Part shown: positions 29,294 to 40,869 of the stretch, in pieces
Numbering within the stretch: the stretch's first letter is position 1
Layout: each line of letters opens with the position of its first letter
Origin: Alphaproteobacteria bacterium
GTDB lineage: Bacteria > Pseudomonadota > Alphaproteobacteria > Sphingomonadales > Sphingomonadaceae
NCBI GenBank assembly: GCA_030431875.1
Contig: JAUIIG010000001.1
Span: 37,539-101,538 of the forward strand
Reading direction: 5' to 3'
DNA length: 64,000 bases
Position numbers and translations under genes: made by a program
The notes under the pieces: model-generated
Told to the model about the DNA's origin: nothing
Databases searched by the model: none
Seen by the model: the letters and a program-made list of their open reading frames with translations, nothing else

Positions 29294-30898
29294 ATGTCGG
29301 TACGTATGGCCATTGCGAAACTCACCGCCGCAGCAGCGGGCGGTGCAGTCATCGGCGGAGGCGCGGTGCATGTCGCCGAGCCCCAGGCTGCGCAGGTTGA
29401 CTACAAGACGGGCGAAAATGCCGAGGTTGCCGAAGTCGAGCTGATCGACGTGAAGGACACCCCGGTGGCACAGCGCACCATCCCGCCGCGGCCGCGCGAA
29501 CAGCGCCGCCTGCGCCGGACGATCGAGACCGAGTGCTGCGAGGAAGTGGCCATGGGCATGCCATTGCCGCTGCCCCCGCTGCCTTCGGCACCCGTGCGTG
29601 GTGGCGGTGGCGGCCAGCAGGTTATCGTCGGTGGCAGCACCGGCGGTTTCGGTGGCGGCTTCGGCGGCGGTTTCTTCGGCGGGTTCTTTGGTGGCTCGGG
29701 CGGCGGCGGCAGCGTCGTGGTCGACATGAGCACCACCACTTCGGGCTCCAGCTCCGGCTCGTCGAGCGGCGACATCATTATCGACATCGACAACAGCTCG
29801 ACCGGCTCTTCGACCTCGACCAGCTCGGGCGGTTCGTCGACCTCCACCTCGGGCGGTTCGACCAGCACCAGCACGGGCGGCTTCACCAGCACGACGTCGA
29901 GCGGCACGATCACCAGCACGAGCACCAGCTCGACCGGTGGTTCGTCTTCGTCGACCTCTACCGGCGGCGTGACCAGCACGACTTCGTCCTCGACCGGTGG
30001 TGTCACCAGCACCACGGGCGGTGTCACCAGCACCTCGTCCTCGTCGGGCAACGTCACTTCGTCGACCAGCGGCTCCAGCTCCAGCTCGGGTTCGTCGAGC
30101 ACCAGCTCGTCGACTGGCGGCAGCACCAGCGGTTCGTCGTCGACCAGCGGCTCGTCCTCGGGCTCGTCGAGCGGCAGCAGCTCGGGCGGCAGCAACGGTG
30201 GCCACGGTTCGTCGAGCTATGGCGGCACCAGCGGCCATGGTTCTTCCAGCTATGGCGGCACCAGCAGCTATGGTGGCAGCAACGGCGGCAGCACCGGCAG
30301 CTCGACCACGTCGAGCACCACCGGTGGCAGCACGACCGGCAGCACCACCAGCGGCGCATCGACCACCTCGACTTCGTCGGGTGCAACGTCGAGCTCGACC
30401 ACTTCGGGTAACGTGACCAGCACGACCTCGACCGGCGGCAACACCACCTCGACCACGACCGGCGGATCCACCACCACTGGCGGATCGACCACCACCACGG
30501 GCGGCAGCACCGGCGGTTCGACCACGGGCGGCAGCACTGGCGGCGTGTCGACCACGACCTCGACCAGCACCGGCGGCGTTTCGACGACCACCGGCGGCGT
30601 GACCTCGACCAGCTCGACCTCGGGCAACGTGACCTCGTCGACCTCGGGCTCCAGCTCGACCTCGACCAGCACCAGCACGTCGACCTCGACCTCGTCGAGC
30701 ACGTCCTCGTCCACTTCGACCTCGTCGTCGACCAGCGGCAGCACGAGCAGCTCTGGCGGAACGACTGGCGGCACTTCGTCGGGTACCCAGGTCCCGGCAC
30801 CTGGCATGCTGTTGTTGTTCGGTGCGGCAGCCGGCGCAGTGTTCCTGCGTCGTCGTCGCAAGTCGGGCGAAGGCGAGGGCGAACGCCTCGCGGCCTGA
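29294..30898 (+). CDS. PEP-CTERM sorting-domain surface protein with a very long Ser/Thr/Gly tract
   Basis: C-terminal VPAPGMLLLFGAAAGAVFLRRRRK; N-terminal signal-like segment. Confidence 0.88.
   Translation: MSVRMAIAKLTAAAAGGAVIGGGAVHVAEPQAAQVDYKTGENAEVAEVELIDVKDTPVAQRTIPPRPREQRRLRRTIETECCEEVAMGMPLPLPPLPSAPVRGGGGGQQVIVGGSTGGFGGGFGGGFFGGFFGGSGGGGSVVVDMSTTTSGSSSGSSSGDIIIDIDNSSTGSSTSTSSGGSSTSTSGGSTSTSTGGFTSTTSSGTITSTSTSSTGGSSSSTSTGGVTSTTSSSTGGVTSTTGGVTSTSSSSGNVTSSTSGSSSSSGSSSTSSSTGGSTSGSSSTSGSSSGSSSGSSSGGSNGGHGSSSYGGTSGHGSSSYGGTSSYGGSNGGSTGSSTTSSTTGGSTTGSTTSGASTTSTSSGATSSSTTSGNVTSTTSTGGNTTSTTTGGSTTTGGSTTTTGGSTGGSTTGGSTGGVSTTTSTSTGGVSTTTGGVTSTSSTSGNVTSSTSGSSSTSTSTSTSTSTSSSTSSSTSTSSSTSGSTSSSGGTTGGTSSGTQVPAPGMLLLFGAAAGAVFLRRRRKSGEGEGERLAA
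29713..30785 (+). repeat. Low-complexity coding tract with internal protein-level duplication
   Basis: TGGV...SGNVTSSTSGSSS block at about 29960-30080 and again at about 30537-30660; SSYGG occurs three times. Confidence 0.85.
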
Positions 30899-30920
30899 GC
30901 CACACAATAGATAAACGGGG

Positions 30921-30958
30921 GGAAGGGCGGTTCCGGCTGGAGCCGCCCTTTCGCTTTC
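30921..30958. terminator. Intrinsic terminator, probably bidirectional
   Basis: GAAGGGCGGTTCC / GGAGCCGCCCTTTC followed by a T-rich run. Confidence 0.75.
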
Positions 30959-30968
30959 CTACAAGCTG

Positions 30969-31472
30969 CTAGCCCGCCACCCAGTCCACCTGGTCCAGCA
31001 GCATCACGCCATCGAGCTCCCAGATGTTCCGGTAGCCATAGCCGTAGAGGTTGATGAAGGTCGGGATGTTGAGGGCCAGTTGGACCCGCTTGAGCGGCAC
31101 TGGCGGCACGTTATTGGCGAAATTGTTGTTGCAGTAGATGAACACCGGCGTGTCCGGATGAGGAAGGATCTCGGCCAGCTTTTCGTCGGTGAAGTCGGAG
31201 AAGGGCAGGTTTACTGCGCCCTCGATATGGCCAGCGGCGAAAGCGGCTGCGCTGCGGGTGTCGAGGATGATCGCACCGGGCTCGTTCGCCCTCGCACGCC
31301 AGTCCTGCCAAGCCAGCAGCCGACCCTCGCGATAGGCGCCCAGTTCACCGGCCAGCTCGACGAAACCGCCATAATCGACGCCGGCCTCGGCTGGCGCAGT
31401 CTGGGCGAGCGGCGTCGAGGTCGGCGCGGTGCCGAGCAGGGCCAGTGGTGCGAGAGCCAGTAGGTAGCGCAT
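30969..31472 (-). CDS. Exported rhodanese-like protein
   Basis: Signal peptide; ILDTR, GHIEGAVNLP, FIYC. Confidence 0.85.
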   Translation of the reverse strand: MRYLLALAPLALLGTAPTSTPLAQTAPAEAGVDYGGFVELAGELGAYREGRLLAWQDWRARANEPGAIILDTRSAAAFAAGHIEGAVNLPFSDFTDEKLAEILPHPDTPVFIYCNNNFANNVPPVPLKRVQLALNIPTFINLYGYGYRNIWELDGVMLLDQVDWVAG

Positions 31473-31532
31473 TGTCGTTCCCCTTTGCTGGGGCCGAGAA
31501 TGCACGGCAATGCCAAACCTGTGGTGAACGGG

Positions 31533-31946
31533 CTAGTCGCCGGTGGCCGTTTCCAGCCCGTCAGCCACCCAGGCCGTGATCCCGCCTTCAAGGTGGCGCA
31601 CCGTATCGCCGGTGAAGTCCGCCAACATGCCGGCCGCGCGGCCCGAACGGTTGCCCGAGCGGCAATAGAGCACGGTCTCGCGGCCATCCTCGAACGGGAC
31701 AGCCGCGGGATCGAAGGTCTCGACCGGCATGTTGATCGCGCCGGGCAGGTGGCCCGCAGCGAATTCCTCTGGGGTGCGCACGTCGATCACGATTGCCTCG
31801 CCGTTGGCGCGCATGGCGGCCAGCTCCGCCGTGCCGACGAATTCGACAGCCGGCATGGGAGCCTCGGCCACCGGTGCCTCTGCCAAGGGGTCATTGGCAC
31901 AGGCAGCCAGGGCCAGTGCGGCAGCAGCGATGAGCGCGCCGCGCAT
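31533..31946 (-). CDS. Rhodanese-like lipoprotein
   Basis: Lipobox LAAC; IDVRTPEEF..GHLPGA, YCRSGNRS. Confidence 0.88.
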   Translation of the reverse strand: MRGALIAAAALALAACANDPLAEAPVAEAPMPAVEFVGTAELAAMRANGEAIVIDVRTPEEFAAGHLPGAINMPVETFDPAAVPFEDGRETVLYCRSGNRSGRAAGMLADFTGDTVRHLEGGITAWVADGLETATGD

Positions 31947-31948
31947 CG

Positions 31949-34621
<2,673 letters not shown>

Positions 34622-34787
34622 GAACGAGTGGTCCTCTTTTTGCGTTGCGGTTCGGCCCCGGACTTGCGAGGGAGGGCCGTTTCGAGGGCGAGTTGCGCTT
34701 TTGTGCGGCGCAGGTCAAGTCACCGATGATGCATTGCAGCAGGGACGGGCCGGATGGGGCCGTGCCCGAGTGCCGGAGAATCGCCAC

Positions 34788-34964
34788 ATGTCGCTGGGAA
34801 ATCCGCAGAAACACAAGGCCCCGCTGGGCGTGCTGGTAATGCTGGCGGCGCTTGTCCTGGCGGCTTTCCTGGGTGCTTCCGCGGGCCTGATATGGGAAAA
34901 ATCCGGTTGGTTCTCTGACGATGTCGAAGAAGAGGTCGTCACCCGGGAGCAGCCCGGCGGCTAG
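34788..34964 (+). CDS. Small single-pass membrane protein (58 aa)
   Basis: GGAG RBS; one TM helix and an acidic tail. Confidence 0.55.
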   Translation: MSLGNPQKHKAPLGVLVMLAALVLAAFLGASAGLIWEKSGWFSDDVEEEVVTREQPGG

Positions 34965-35860
34965 AGGTTGGCTGTTTCGGTTGCAGGCACGCGCTTGGTT
35001 CGCGTGGCGGCGATCCAACAGGCGATGACGATCAGGACCACGCCAACGATCGTGGGGACGGTTACGGTCTCGCGGAAGAACAGCCAGCCGAACAGCGCGG
35101 CCCAGAGGAACCCGGTATATTCCACCGGCACCAACACCTGCGCCTCGGCGCGGGCATAGGCCCAGGCGATAATCATCGATGCGCTGACGCTAAGCACCGC
35201 TGCCATGGTCAGCGTGCCGGCAGTGTCTACCTGCGGCAGGACAAAGAAGAACGGGGCGGCCAGTGCCAGTACCAGCGCCGAAATGCAGGCCTGGAAGGTC
35301 GCCACTTCCAGCGGCCCGGCCAGTTGCGACTGCTTGCGGATGATGACGAAATTGTAGGCGTAGAGCAGGGCGGAGAAGGCCAGCGATGCCAGTCCCAGCG
35401 CGGTGTCTTCGCCAAAATCGTCACGCCCAAGTCGGCCCCAGACGATCACCAGGGTGCCAGCAAAGCCGAGCACGGATGCATGGATAGCCCCACGCCCGAT
35501 TTTCTCGCCCAGCAGGAGGTGCGCGAAATAGAGTGCGATCAGCGGCGCAACGAAGCTGATGGCAATGGCCTCGGCCAGGGGCAGCTGGGTGAGGGCATAG
35601 AAGAAGCTCAGGGCCATGAAGGCAGAGATCACGCCGCGCTGCAGGTGCAGCTTCATGACCGCCCCGCGCGGCCAGCGGGGACGGCGCAGGAGCCAGATCG
35701 GCAGGGTAATTGCCGCAGCGATCAGCCCGCGCAGCATGGTAGCCGAATAGGCACCCGCCGCCAGCGAGGCATCCTTCATGAAGGCATCCATCAGCGACAG
35801 GAAGGCCACCCCGACAATCGCGGCAAGGAACGGCAGCAACAGACGTTCAGGGTGATTCAT
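34961..35860 (-). CDS. DMT/EamA family transporter
   Basis: Ten TM helices with twofold repeat; LPLAEA, LLGEK. Confidence 0.9.
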   Translation of the reverse strand: MNHPERLLLPFLAAIVGVAFLSLMDAFMKDASLAAGAYSATMLRGLIAAAITLPIWLLRRPRWPRGAVMKLHLQRGVISAFMALSFFYALTQLPLAEAIAISFVAPLIALYFAHLLLGEKIGRGAIHASVLGFAGTLVIVWGRLGRDDFGEDTALGLASLAFSALLYAYNFVIIRKQSQLAGPLEVATFQACISALVLALAAPFFFVLPQVDTAGTLTMAAVLSVSASMIIAWAYARAEAQVLVPVEYTGFLWAALFGWLFFRETVTVPTIVGVVLIVIACWIAATRTKRVPATETANL

Positions 35861-36008
35861 GCGCGGCTTCTAGGCCGCACGGAGCTTTCCGTCATCTCCG
35901 GCGTTGTATCGGCGTTCAGTATCGGGCGTTCAAATTCGGGCGTTCAGGGCCGTGAAAGCGAGCCTGCTTGATCCTTGCTTGGCCAAACGGCAGAATTACG
36001 GGGCAAAC

Positions 36009-37388
36009 ATGGTTAACCGGATAACGATTCGCATGAGGCTTGCACGCCTTGCCACTGCTGCTGCGGCAGCCGCCTTGCTGGCTGCGCCGGGCGCCGCGCA
36101 AACGCTCGTGCCGCAGGATCCCCTGCAGGACGAAGACGCGGCCGAAGTCACCGTGACGCCCGGCTTCCGCAGCCAGGAGGTGGTGCAGGACGACCCGCGC
36201 GTTATCGCCATCCATCACTGGTCGCTGGAGAACGCCACCGCGCTCGCCGAGGTGCTGGAAAACATCGGCAGCGAAGGCCTCGAGCCCGCAGATTACCGGC
36301 CCGACCTGCTGCGCGCCGAAATTGCCAATGGCGAAAGCAGCGCGCTCAACATTCGCGCCAATGGCGTGCTGGCCTGGTTGATCGAGGACCTGCGCGACGG
36401 CCGCACGCCGATGGAGGCGCGGCGGCAGTGGTTCGTGGTCGATCCCGATGCCGACCTGATGCCCACCGGCGCGCTGATGGCGCAGCTGCTCGACAGCGGC
36501 GAGATCCACCGAATCGTGGACCTGCTGGCCCCGACCCACGCCGACTATGCCGCCCTGCGCGAAGAGCTGGCGAAGACGCCGCTGGAAGAAGCCGCCAAGC
36601 GCCGCATGATCCGCGCCAACATGGACCGGTGGCGCTGGCTGCCACGCGATCTTGGCGGGCAGTACCTGCTTACCAACGTTCCCGAATACCAGCTGCGACT
36701 GATGGTGAACGACAACATCATCCGCACCTATCGCACCATCGTTGGCGCGCCCGGTCGCACGGCCACGCCGCAATTGATGGAGACGGTGGAAGGGGTGGTG
36801 TTCAACCCGACCTGGACGGTGCCGCAATCGATCGTGCGGGGGGAAGGGCTGGGCAACCGCGTGCTCAACAACCCGCAATGGGCGCGCGCCAATGGCTATC
36901 GCGCCACCCGCGGAGCCAACGGCTATATCAGCGTGGTGCAGCAGCCGGGGCCGGGCAATTCGCTGGGAATGATGAAGCTCGACATGCCCAATCCGCACGC
37001 GATCTTCCTCCACGATACGCCTGCACGCCACCTGTTCGACAGCTCCAACCGCGCACGCAGTCACGGCTGTATCCGGGTGGAGCGGGCGCTGGAATTGGCC
37101 ATGACCGTGGCAATCCTGGGGCAGGGTGCGACGCGGGACGAGGCCGTGGCAATCTCTACCAGCGGGGATTACACTCGCGTGCCGGTGGAGCGGACCATGC
37201 CGGTCTACATCACCTATTTCACCATGGGCGTCGACGTCGATGGCGAGCTGCGCCAGTACGAGGATATCTACGGACGCGATGCGCCGGTGCTCGCCGCGCT
37301 GGATGCTCCGCGCGTGGGGAACCGTGCCCGGGCGTCGAACGAGGCCGTGGTGGAAATCATCGACGATATTCGCAGTACTGCGCGCTGA
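36009..37388 (+). CDS. L,D-transpeptidase (YcbB/LdtD-like with scaffold domain)
   Basis: NMDRWRWLP, VNVPEY-like motif, IFLHDTP, SHGCIRV; start at 36009 or 36033. Confidence 0.92.
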   Translation: MVNRITIRMRLARLATAAAAAALLAAPGAAQTLVPQDPLQDEDAAEVTVTPGFRSQEVVQDDPRVIAIHHWSLENATALAEVLENIGSEGLEPADYRPDLLRAEIANGESSALNIRANGVLAWLIEDLRDGRTPMEARRQWFVVDPDADLMPTGALMAQLLDSGEIHRIVDLLAPTHADYAALREELAKTPLEEAAKRRMIRANMDRWRWLPRDLGGQYLLTNVPEYQLRLMVNDNIIRTYRTIVGAPGRTATPQLMETVEGVVFNPTWTVPQSIVRGEGLGNRVLNNPQWARANGYRATRGANGYISVVQQPGPGNSLGMMKLDMPNPHAIFLHDTPARHLFDSSNRARSHGCIRVERALELAMTVAILGQGATRDEAVAISTSGDYTRVPVERTMPVYITYFTMGVDVDGELRQYEDIYGRDAPVLAALDAPRVGNRARASNEAVVEIIDDIRSTAR

Positions 37389-37391
37389 AGC

Positions 37392-38150
37392 CTATTCGGG
37401 TTCGACCGGAGGCAGCAACTCAGGCGGAATCGCCGCTTCGCGGTTGAAGGCCTCTGCCTCGCCACTGGCTTGCCGTTCGGCCACGGCAGTCTCGAAGTCC
37501 ACCGCCTCCTGCTCCGGACTAGCGACCTGTTCGCCGTGCTCGCCGATGCCAAGCCTATCGGCGAAAACCAGCCGTCCACCTGCCAGCCGGTAGAGTGCTT
37601 GCGGGAAGACTTCAGGGCCGAAGGCGAAACAGCCGTTGGAGCGGCCCAGCCTACCCCAGCGTTCGACATGTTCAGGAGTGGCATAGCTGGCCGGGTGCAT
37701 GACGATGGCGCGCGGGAAGGCGTTGGAATTGTCGCTGTCGAGCCCGCCCAGTCGCACCGAAGTACCAAAGCGCCCTTCGTACCATTCCCACGTCACATAG
37801 GCGCCGCGGCTGGTGGCCCAGCTATCGTGCAGGTTGGAAAAACCGTTGAGCCAGCCGTCATGCTCCGGGTCGGAGCCGCTGCCATGCGCGACCAGTACGC
37901 TGTCCGCCGTCCCGGCTTCGAGGTTGACGAAATGGAAGCGCGGCAGGCTGGAATGCAGGCCGAAGTCGGCCACGCCCACCACGTCCTTGCGCCAGAGCAC
38001 GTTGCCCGTGCGTTCGACCTCGCGGCGGGCCACATCCAGCAGGCGGCGCGTGCGCGGATCAGGCGCGGCCTGTGCGAACACGCGCGCCGGCGCGGCAGCC
38101 AGCGCCGTCCCGGTGACGAGTGTTCCTGCAAGCAGTTCGCGGCGATTCAT
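37392..38150 (-). CDS. Tat-exported murein L,D-transpeptidase catalytic-domain (YkuD_2) protein
   Basis: NRRELL twin-Arg signal; VAHGSGS, IVMHPA, GRSNGCFA. Confidence 0.88.
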   Translation of the reverse strand: MNRRELLAGTLVTGTALAAAPARVFAQAAPDPRTRRLLDVARREVERTGNVLWRKDVVGVADFGLHSSLPRFHFVNLEAGTADSVLVAHGSGSDPEHDGWLNGFSNLHDSWATSRGAYVTWEWYEGRFGTSVRLGGLDSDNSNAFPRAIVMHPASYATPEHVERWGRLGRSNGCFAFGPEVFPQALYRLAGGRLVFADRLGIGEHGEQVASPEQEAVDFETAVAERQASGEAEAFNREAAIPPELLPPVEPE

Positions 38151-38213
38151 GGCTGGCACATTGCACCTGCGAGCTGAACCTTGTCCATATGCCCTGCGCC
38201 CAAACCGGGATGG

Positions 38214-39143
38214 TCAGCCTTTGAGGCGGGTTATGGCGTCCTGGCTGGCGGTGATATAGGCGCCATTGCCGTGCCGGTGCGTGCCGACGAAATGGACGAA
38301 GCGGGTGTCGTCACCCCAGTCCTCGTTCCAGTAATTCATGTAGCGATCATAGGGCAGCACAACCGGCTGCGCCTCGTTGGCGAGGTGGAAGTTGCTGGTG
38401 ACCTGCTCGGTACCCCAGATCGTCACGTCGTCTTCGCCGATCATGCGCTTCATCTCGGTGAGGAAAGCGCTGGCCAGCGGGCGGCCGGTGCCCATGGCGG
38501 CAAACCCGGCAAAGCCGGAACAGCCGCGGGCATATTTCCAACCGCGCTTGGCGGGAATCGAGTCGAGACGGGATTCGATGCGCGACTGCACATGGCCTTC
38601 CATCACCCCGTCGGGATAGAAATGCTCGCGGAATTCCTGCAGCGGCAGCGGACCGACTTCGGCATCCTTGCCGCCGAGGAACAGGAAACTGCGGTTGCGC
38701 GCGATGGCTTCGGTCACTTCGGGCACGGGGCCGATGGTCACCGTGTCGCTGTCCAGCTGGATCCAGTATTCGCCGGCGCGGTTGTCGAGGATCGTCAGCA
38801 GGCGCTCCCAGGTGCCGCCTGCGGGAAATTCGTTGAGCACGACCTCGTCGATGCGCATGATTTCGGGATCGCCGCAATGGTGCGCCAGGATCGCCCGGTC
38901 CTGTGCGGTCAGCGTGCCATCGTCGAGAATTGCCACGCGGCCGCGGCGCAGCTCGTGCCACAGCGACTTCACTGCCACGAGATAGGGCAGCAGCACCGCC
39001 GTGCCGATCATGGAGAACAGCACGACGCCGTCCTGCCTGGGCTCGATCGGCGGCGTGCGCAGGATATCGGTGATCGCTTCGGCGTGGCGCGTGGCTTCGG
39101 CCTTGGCGCGCCAGCGGCGGGGCAGGAGGCTGCTCATGTTCAT
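38214..39143 (-). CDS. GT-A-like glycosyltransferase candidate
   Basis: ILDDG, QLDSD (DxD), late HFVG motif. Confidence 0.6.
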   Translation of the reverse strand: MNMSSLLPRRWRAKAEATRHAEAITDILRTPPIEPRQDGVVLFSMIGTAVLLPYLVAVKSLWHELRRGRVAILDDGTLTAQDRAILAHHCGDPEIMRIDEVVLNEFPAGGTWERLLTILDNRAGEYWIQLDSDTVTIGPVPEVTEAIARNRSFLFLGGKDAEVGPLPLQEFREHFYPDGVMEGHVQSRIESRLDSIPAKRGWKYARGCSGFAGFAAMGTGRPLASAFLTEMKRMIGEDDVTIWGTEQVTSNFHLANEAQPVVLPYDRYMNYWNEDWGDDTRFVHFVGTHRHGNGAYITASQDAITRLKG

Positions 39144-39148
39144 ACGGT

Positions 39149-39685
39149 TCAGTTGCCCAGCACCATGCGATCATCGGCAATGCGGACATCGCCGATGGTT
39201 TCGAGGAAAGACTGGCCCAGCAGCGAGATGCCCAGGCCTTCGGGTACGATGATGGCGTCGACGTTGCTGGCTTCGAATTCACCCAGCCGCAGACGCGGAA
39301 TGCTGGTGCGCACACCGTGGACCGCGCCGCTGGCACCTTCGGCCACCGGCTGCACTTCCTGGTCGTCCCAGTACAGGCCCATGGCCAGGGCATCGTCGCC
39401 GGTCAGGGCCACGACGCTGGCGCCGGTGTCCACCAGCATGCGGGTGGGCACACCGTCGACCGAAACCTCGGCGTAGAAGTGCCCGTCACGTTCGCGCTGT
39501 AGCACCAGCTCGTCACCCCAGCCGGAAGTGGCAGGGACGTTCTGCGCCGATCCGATCATGATCGTCTCGTCGCCTTCGGCCAGCGCATGGCGGGTGATCT
39601 GCTCTTCGGCCTGGAACACGGGCATGGCTACGCCCACGGCTCCGCCGACGATCAGCACACAGGACAAGGCCAGCTTGGCATCCAT
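39149..39685 (-). CDS. Clan AA (TIGR02281-type) aspartic protease, PerP-like
   Basis: DGHFY, LVDTGAS, SLLGQSFL; N-terminal TM helix. Confidence 0.9.
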   Translation of the reverse strand: MDAKLALSCVLIVGGAVGVAMPVFQAEEQITRHALAEGDETIMIGSAQNVPATSGWGDELVLQRERDGHFYAEVSVDGVPTRMLVDTGASVVALTGDDALAMGLYWDDQEVQPVAEGASGAVHGVRTSIPRLRLGEFEASNVDAIIVPEGLGISLLGQSFLETIGDVRIADDRMVLGN

Positions 39686-39719
39686 GGCCTGCACCCTAAC
39701 GTGCAGGTCTTGCCACGGA

Positions 39720-39735
39720 GTAAAGGAAAGCTAAC
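39720..39735. promoter_or_regulatory. Degenerate CtrA-like box
   Basis: GTAA-N7-CTAAC versus TTAA-N7-TTAAC (2 mismatches). Confidence 0.3.
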
Positions 39736-39780
39736 GATTTCCGCCGGTTTTGCGGCCTCTTGCCGGAGGCCGAAAGCGCC

Positions 39781-40140
39781 TCAGGAAGCGACGCATTCCA
39801 TCGCCGCCCCGATGGCGCTGCTGCCGATCTTGCTGGCGAAGGAGCGTGACAGGCGATTGAACTCGCCCTGGTCCATCCCGATCATCTCTGCAGCGTCGCT
39901 GTCGGACGTGCCCGGCGGCAGGCTGTACACGTCGTCGACAAAGGCCAGCTCTTCGGAATTAAGCCCGGCAAAGGCCCGATCGGTCATGCAACTGCATTCG
40001 CCTTCGGTCAGGCGGCCGCCGCTGCTGTTCACGCAGGAATCGGTCATTTCGGACTTGGCCAGGTCCACGCCGCTGCTGCAGCCCGCTAGTGCCAGCCCCA
40101 GAGCCAAACCCATTGCTGCCTTGCCGATCGAAACGTTCAT
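39781..40140 (-). CDS. Hypothetical lipoprotein with four additional Cys
   Basis: Lipobox LAGC; C...ECSC...C pattern. Confidence 0.75.
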   Translation of the reverse strand: MNVSIGKAAMGLALGLALAGCSSGVDLAKSEMTDSCVNSSGGRLTEGECSCMTDRAFAGLNSEELAFVDDVYSLPPGTSDSDAAEMIGMDQGEFNRLSRSFASKIGSSAIGAAMECVAS

Positions 40141-40202
40141 CTTGGTGTTACCCCCTTATTCTTGAGCGGAAACTTCAAGGGAAACGAGGGTGGCAAGTCA
40201 AG

Positions 40203-40718
40203 TCAGGATGCCGTGGCAAGCCGCTCCAGCTCGGCATAAATGGCATCTTCGCTGCGGCTGGCGGCATTGCGCCAGGTAGTGGCTGTGTCGGGGTTCACCA
40301 GCGTGCCATCGGCGGTGATCACCAGCAGGTTGGGCGTGCCCGGCAGGTCTTCCAGTCCGAACCGCCGAGCGATATCGATGTTATGGCCATCGCCTGTCTG
40401 CGGCATGCCGATGTTGACGAAGACAAGCTCGTAGTGCTCCGCCACCAGCGACTCGAAACGCGGCGTTTCCAGCCATCCGGCAAGCGCGCGGCTGTCGTGG
40501 CACCAGTTGGCGCCCATCACCAGCATGACACGGGTATCGTTGGCAGCCGCGCGGGCAAGCGCCGCGTCGACCTCGGCAGAGGGATCGGGCGTGACTACGT
40601 AGGAAGCCGCCTCCGGATAGGCGGCGTGGTGCTGCTGGGTGCTCGCGCAACCGGCCAGCAGCAAGGCTAGCGGGGCCAGTGCCGACGTCAGCCGGACGGC
40701 AGGACTGGCCCGCAGCAT
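40203..40718 (-). CDS. Thioredoxin-fold lipoprotein (single-Cys WCHDS)
   Basis: Lipobox LAGC; MGANWCHDS, GTP. Confidence 0.85.
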   Translation of the reverse strand: MLRASPAVRLTSALAPLALLLAGCASTQQHHAAYPEAASYVVTPDPSAEVDAALARAAANDTRVMLVMGANWCHDSRALAGWLETPRFESLVAEHYELVFVNIGMPQTGDGHNIDIARRFGLEDLPGTPNLLVITADGTLVNPDTATTWRNAASRSEDAIYAELERLATAS

Positions 40719-40724
40719 ATTGCC

Positions 40725-40856
40725 TTACTTCTGCTTCGAGCCGGGTTTCACGTCGCCCTTCACACCGGCCGGGCCACCAGCGCCTTTTTCGGCCTTGATG
40801 CGTGCTTCTTCTTCCGGAGTAAGCTTGGCGCCCCCGCCCATCTTTTCGTCCTTCAT
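40725..40856 (-). CDS. 43-aa charged small protein
   Basis: Strong AAGGGGA RBS; sits between the ispG stop and the next start with 13-nt and 6-nt gaps. Confidence 0.6.
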   Translation of the reverse strand: MKDEKMGGGAKLTPEEEARIKAEKGAGGPAGVKGDVKPGSKQK

Positions 40857-40869
40857 GGTCTTTCCCCTT

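Noticed and set aside
29713-30785. Possible CRISPR array or tandem DNA repeat
   Set aside because: No fixed-length repeat-spacer structure and no cas genes; the repetition is at the amino-acid level
29009-30907. Arg/Gly/Ala-rich and Val/Glu/Pro-rich antisense ORFs over the Ser/Thr tract
   Set aside because: They are reverse-complement images of the low-complexity PEP-CTERM coding sequence, which has the sorting signal and terminator
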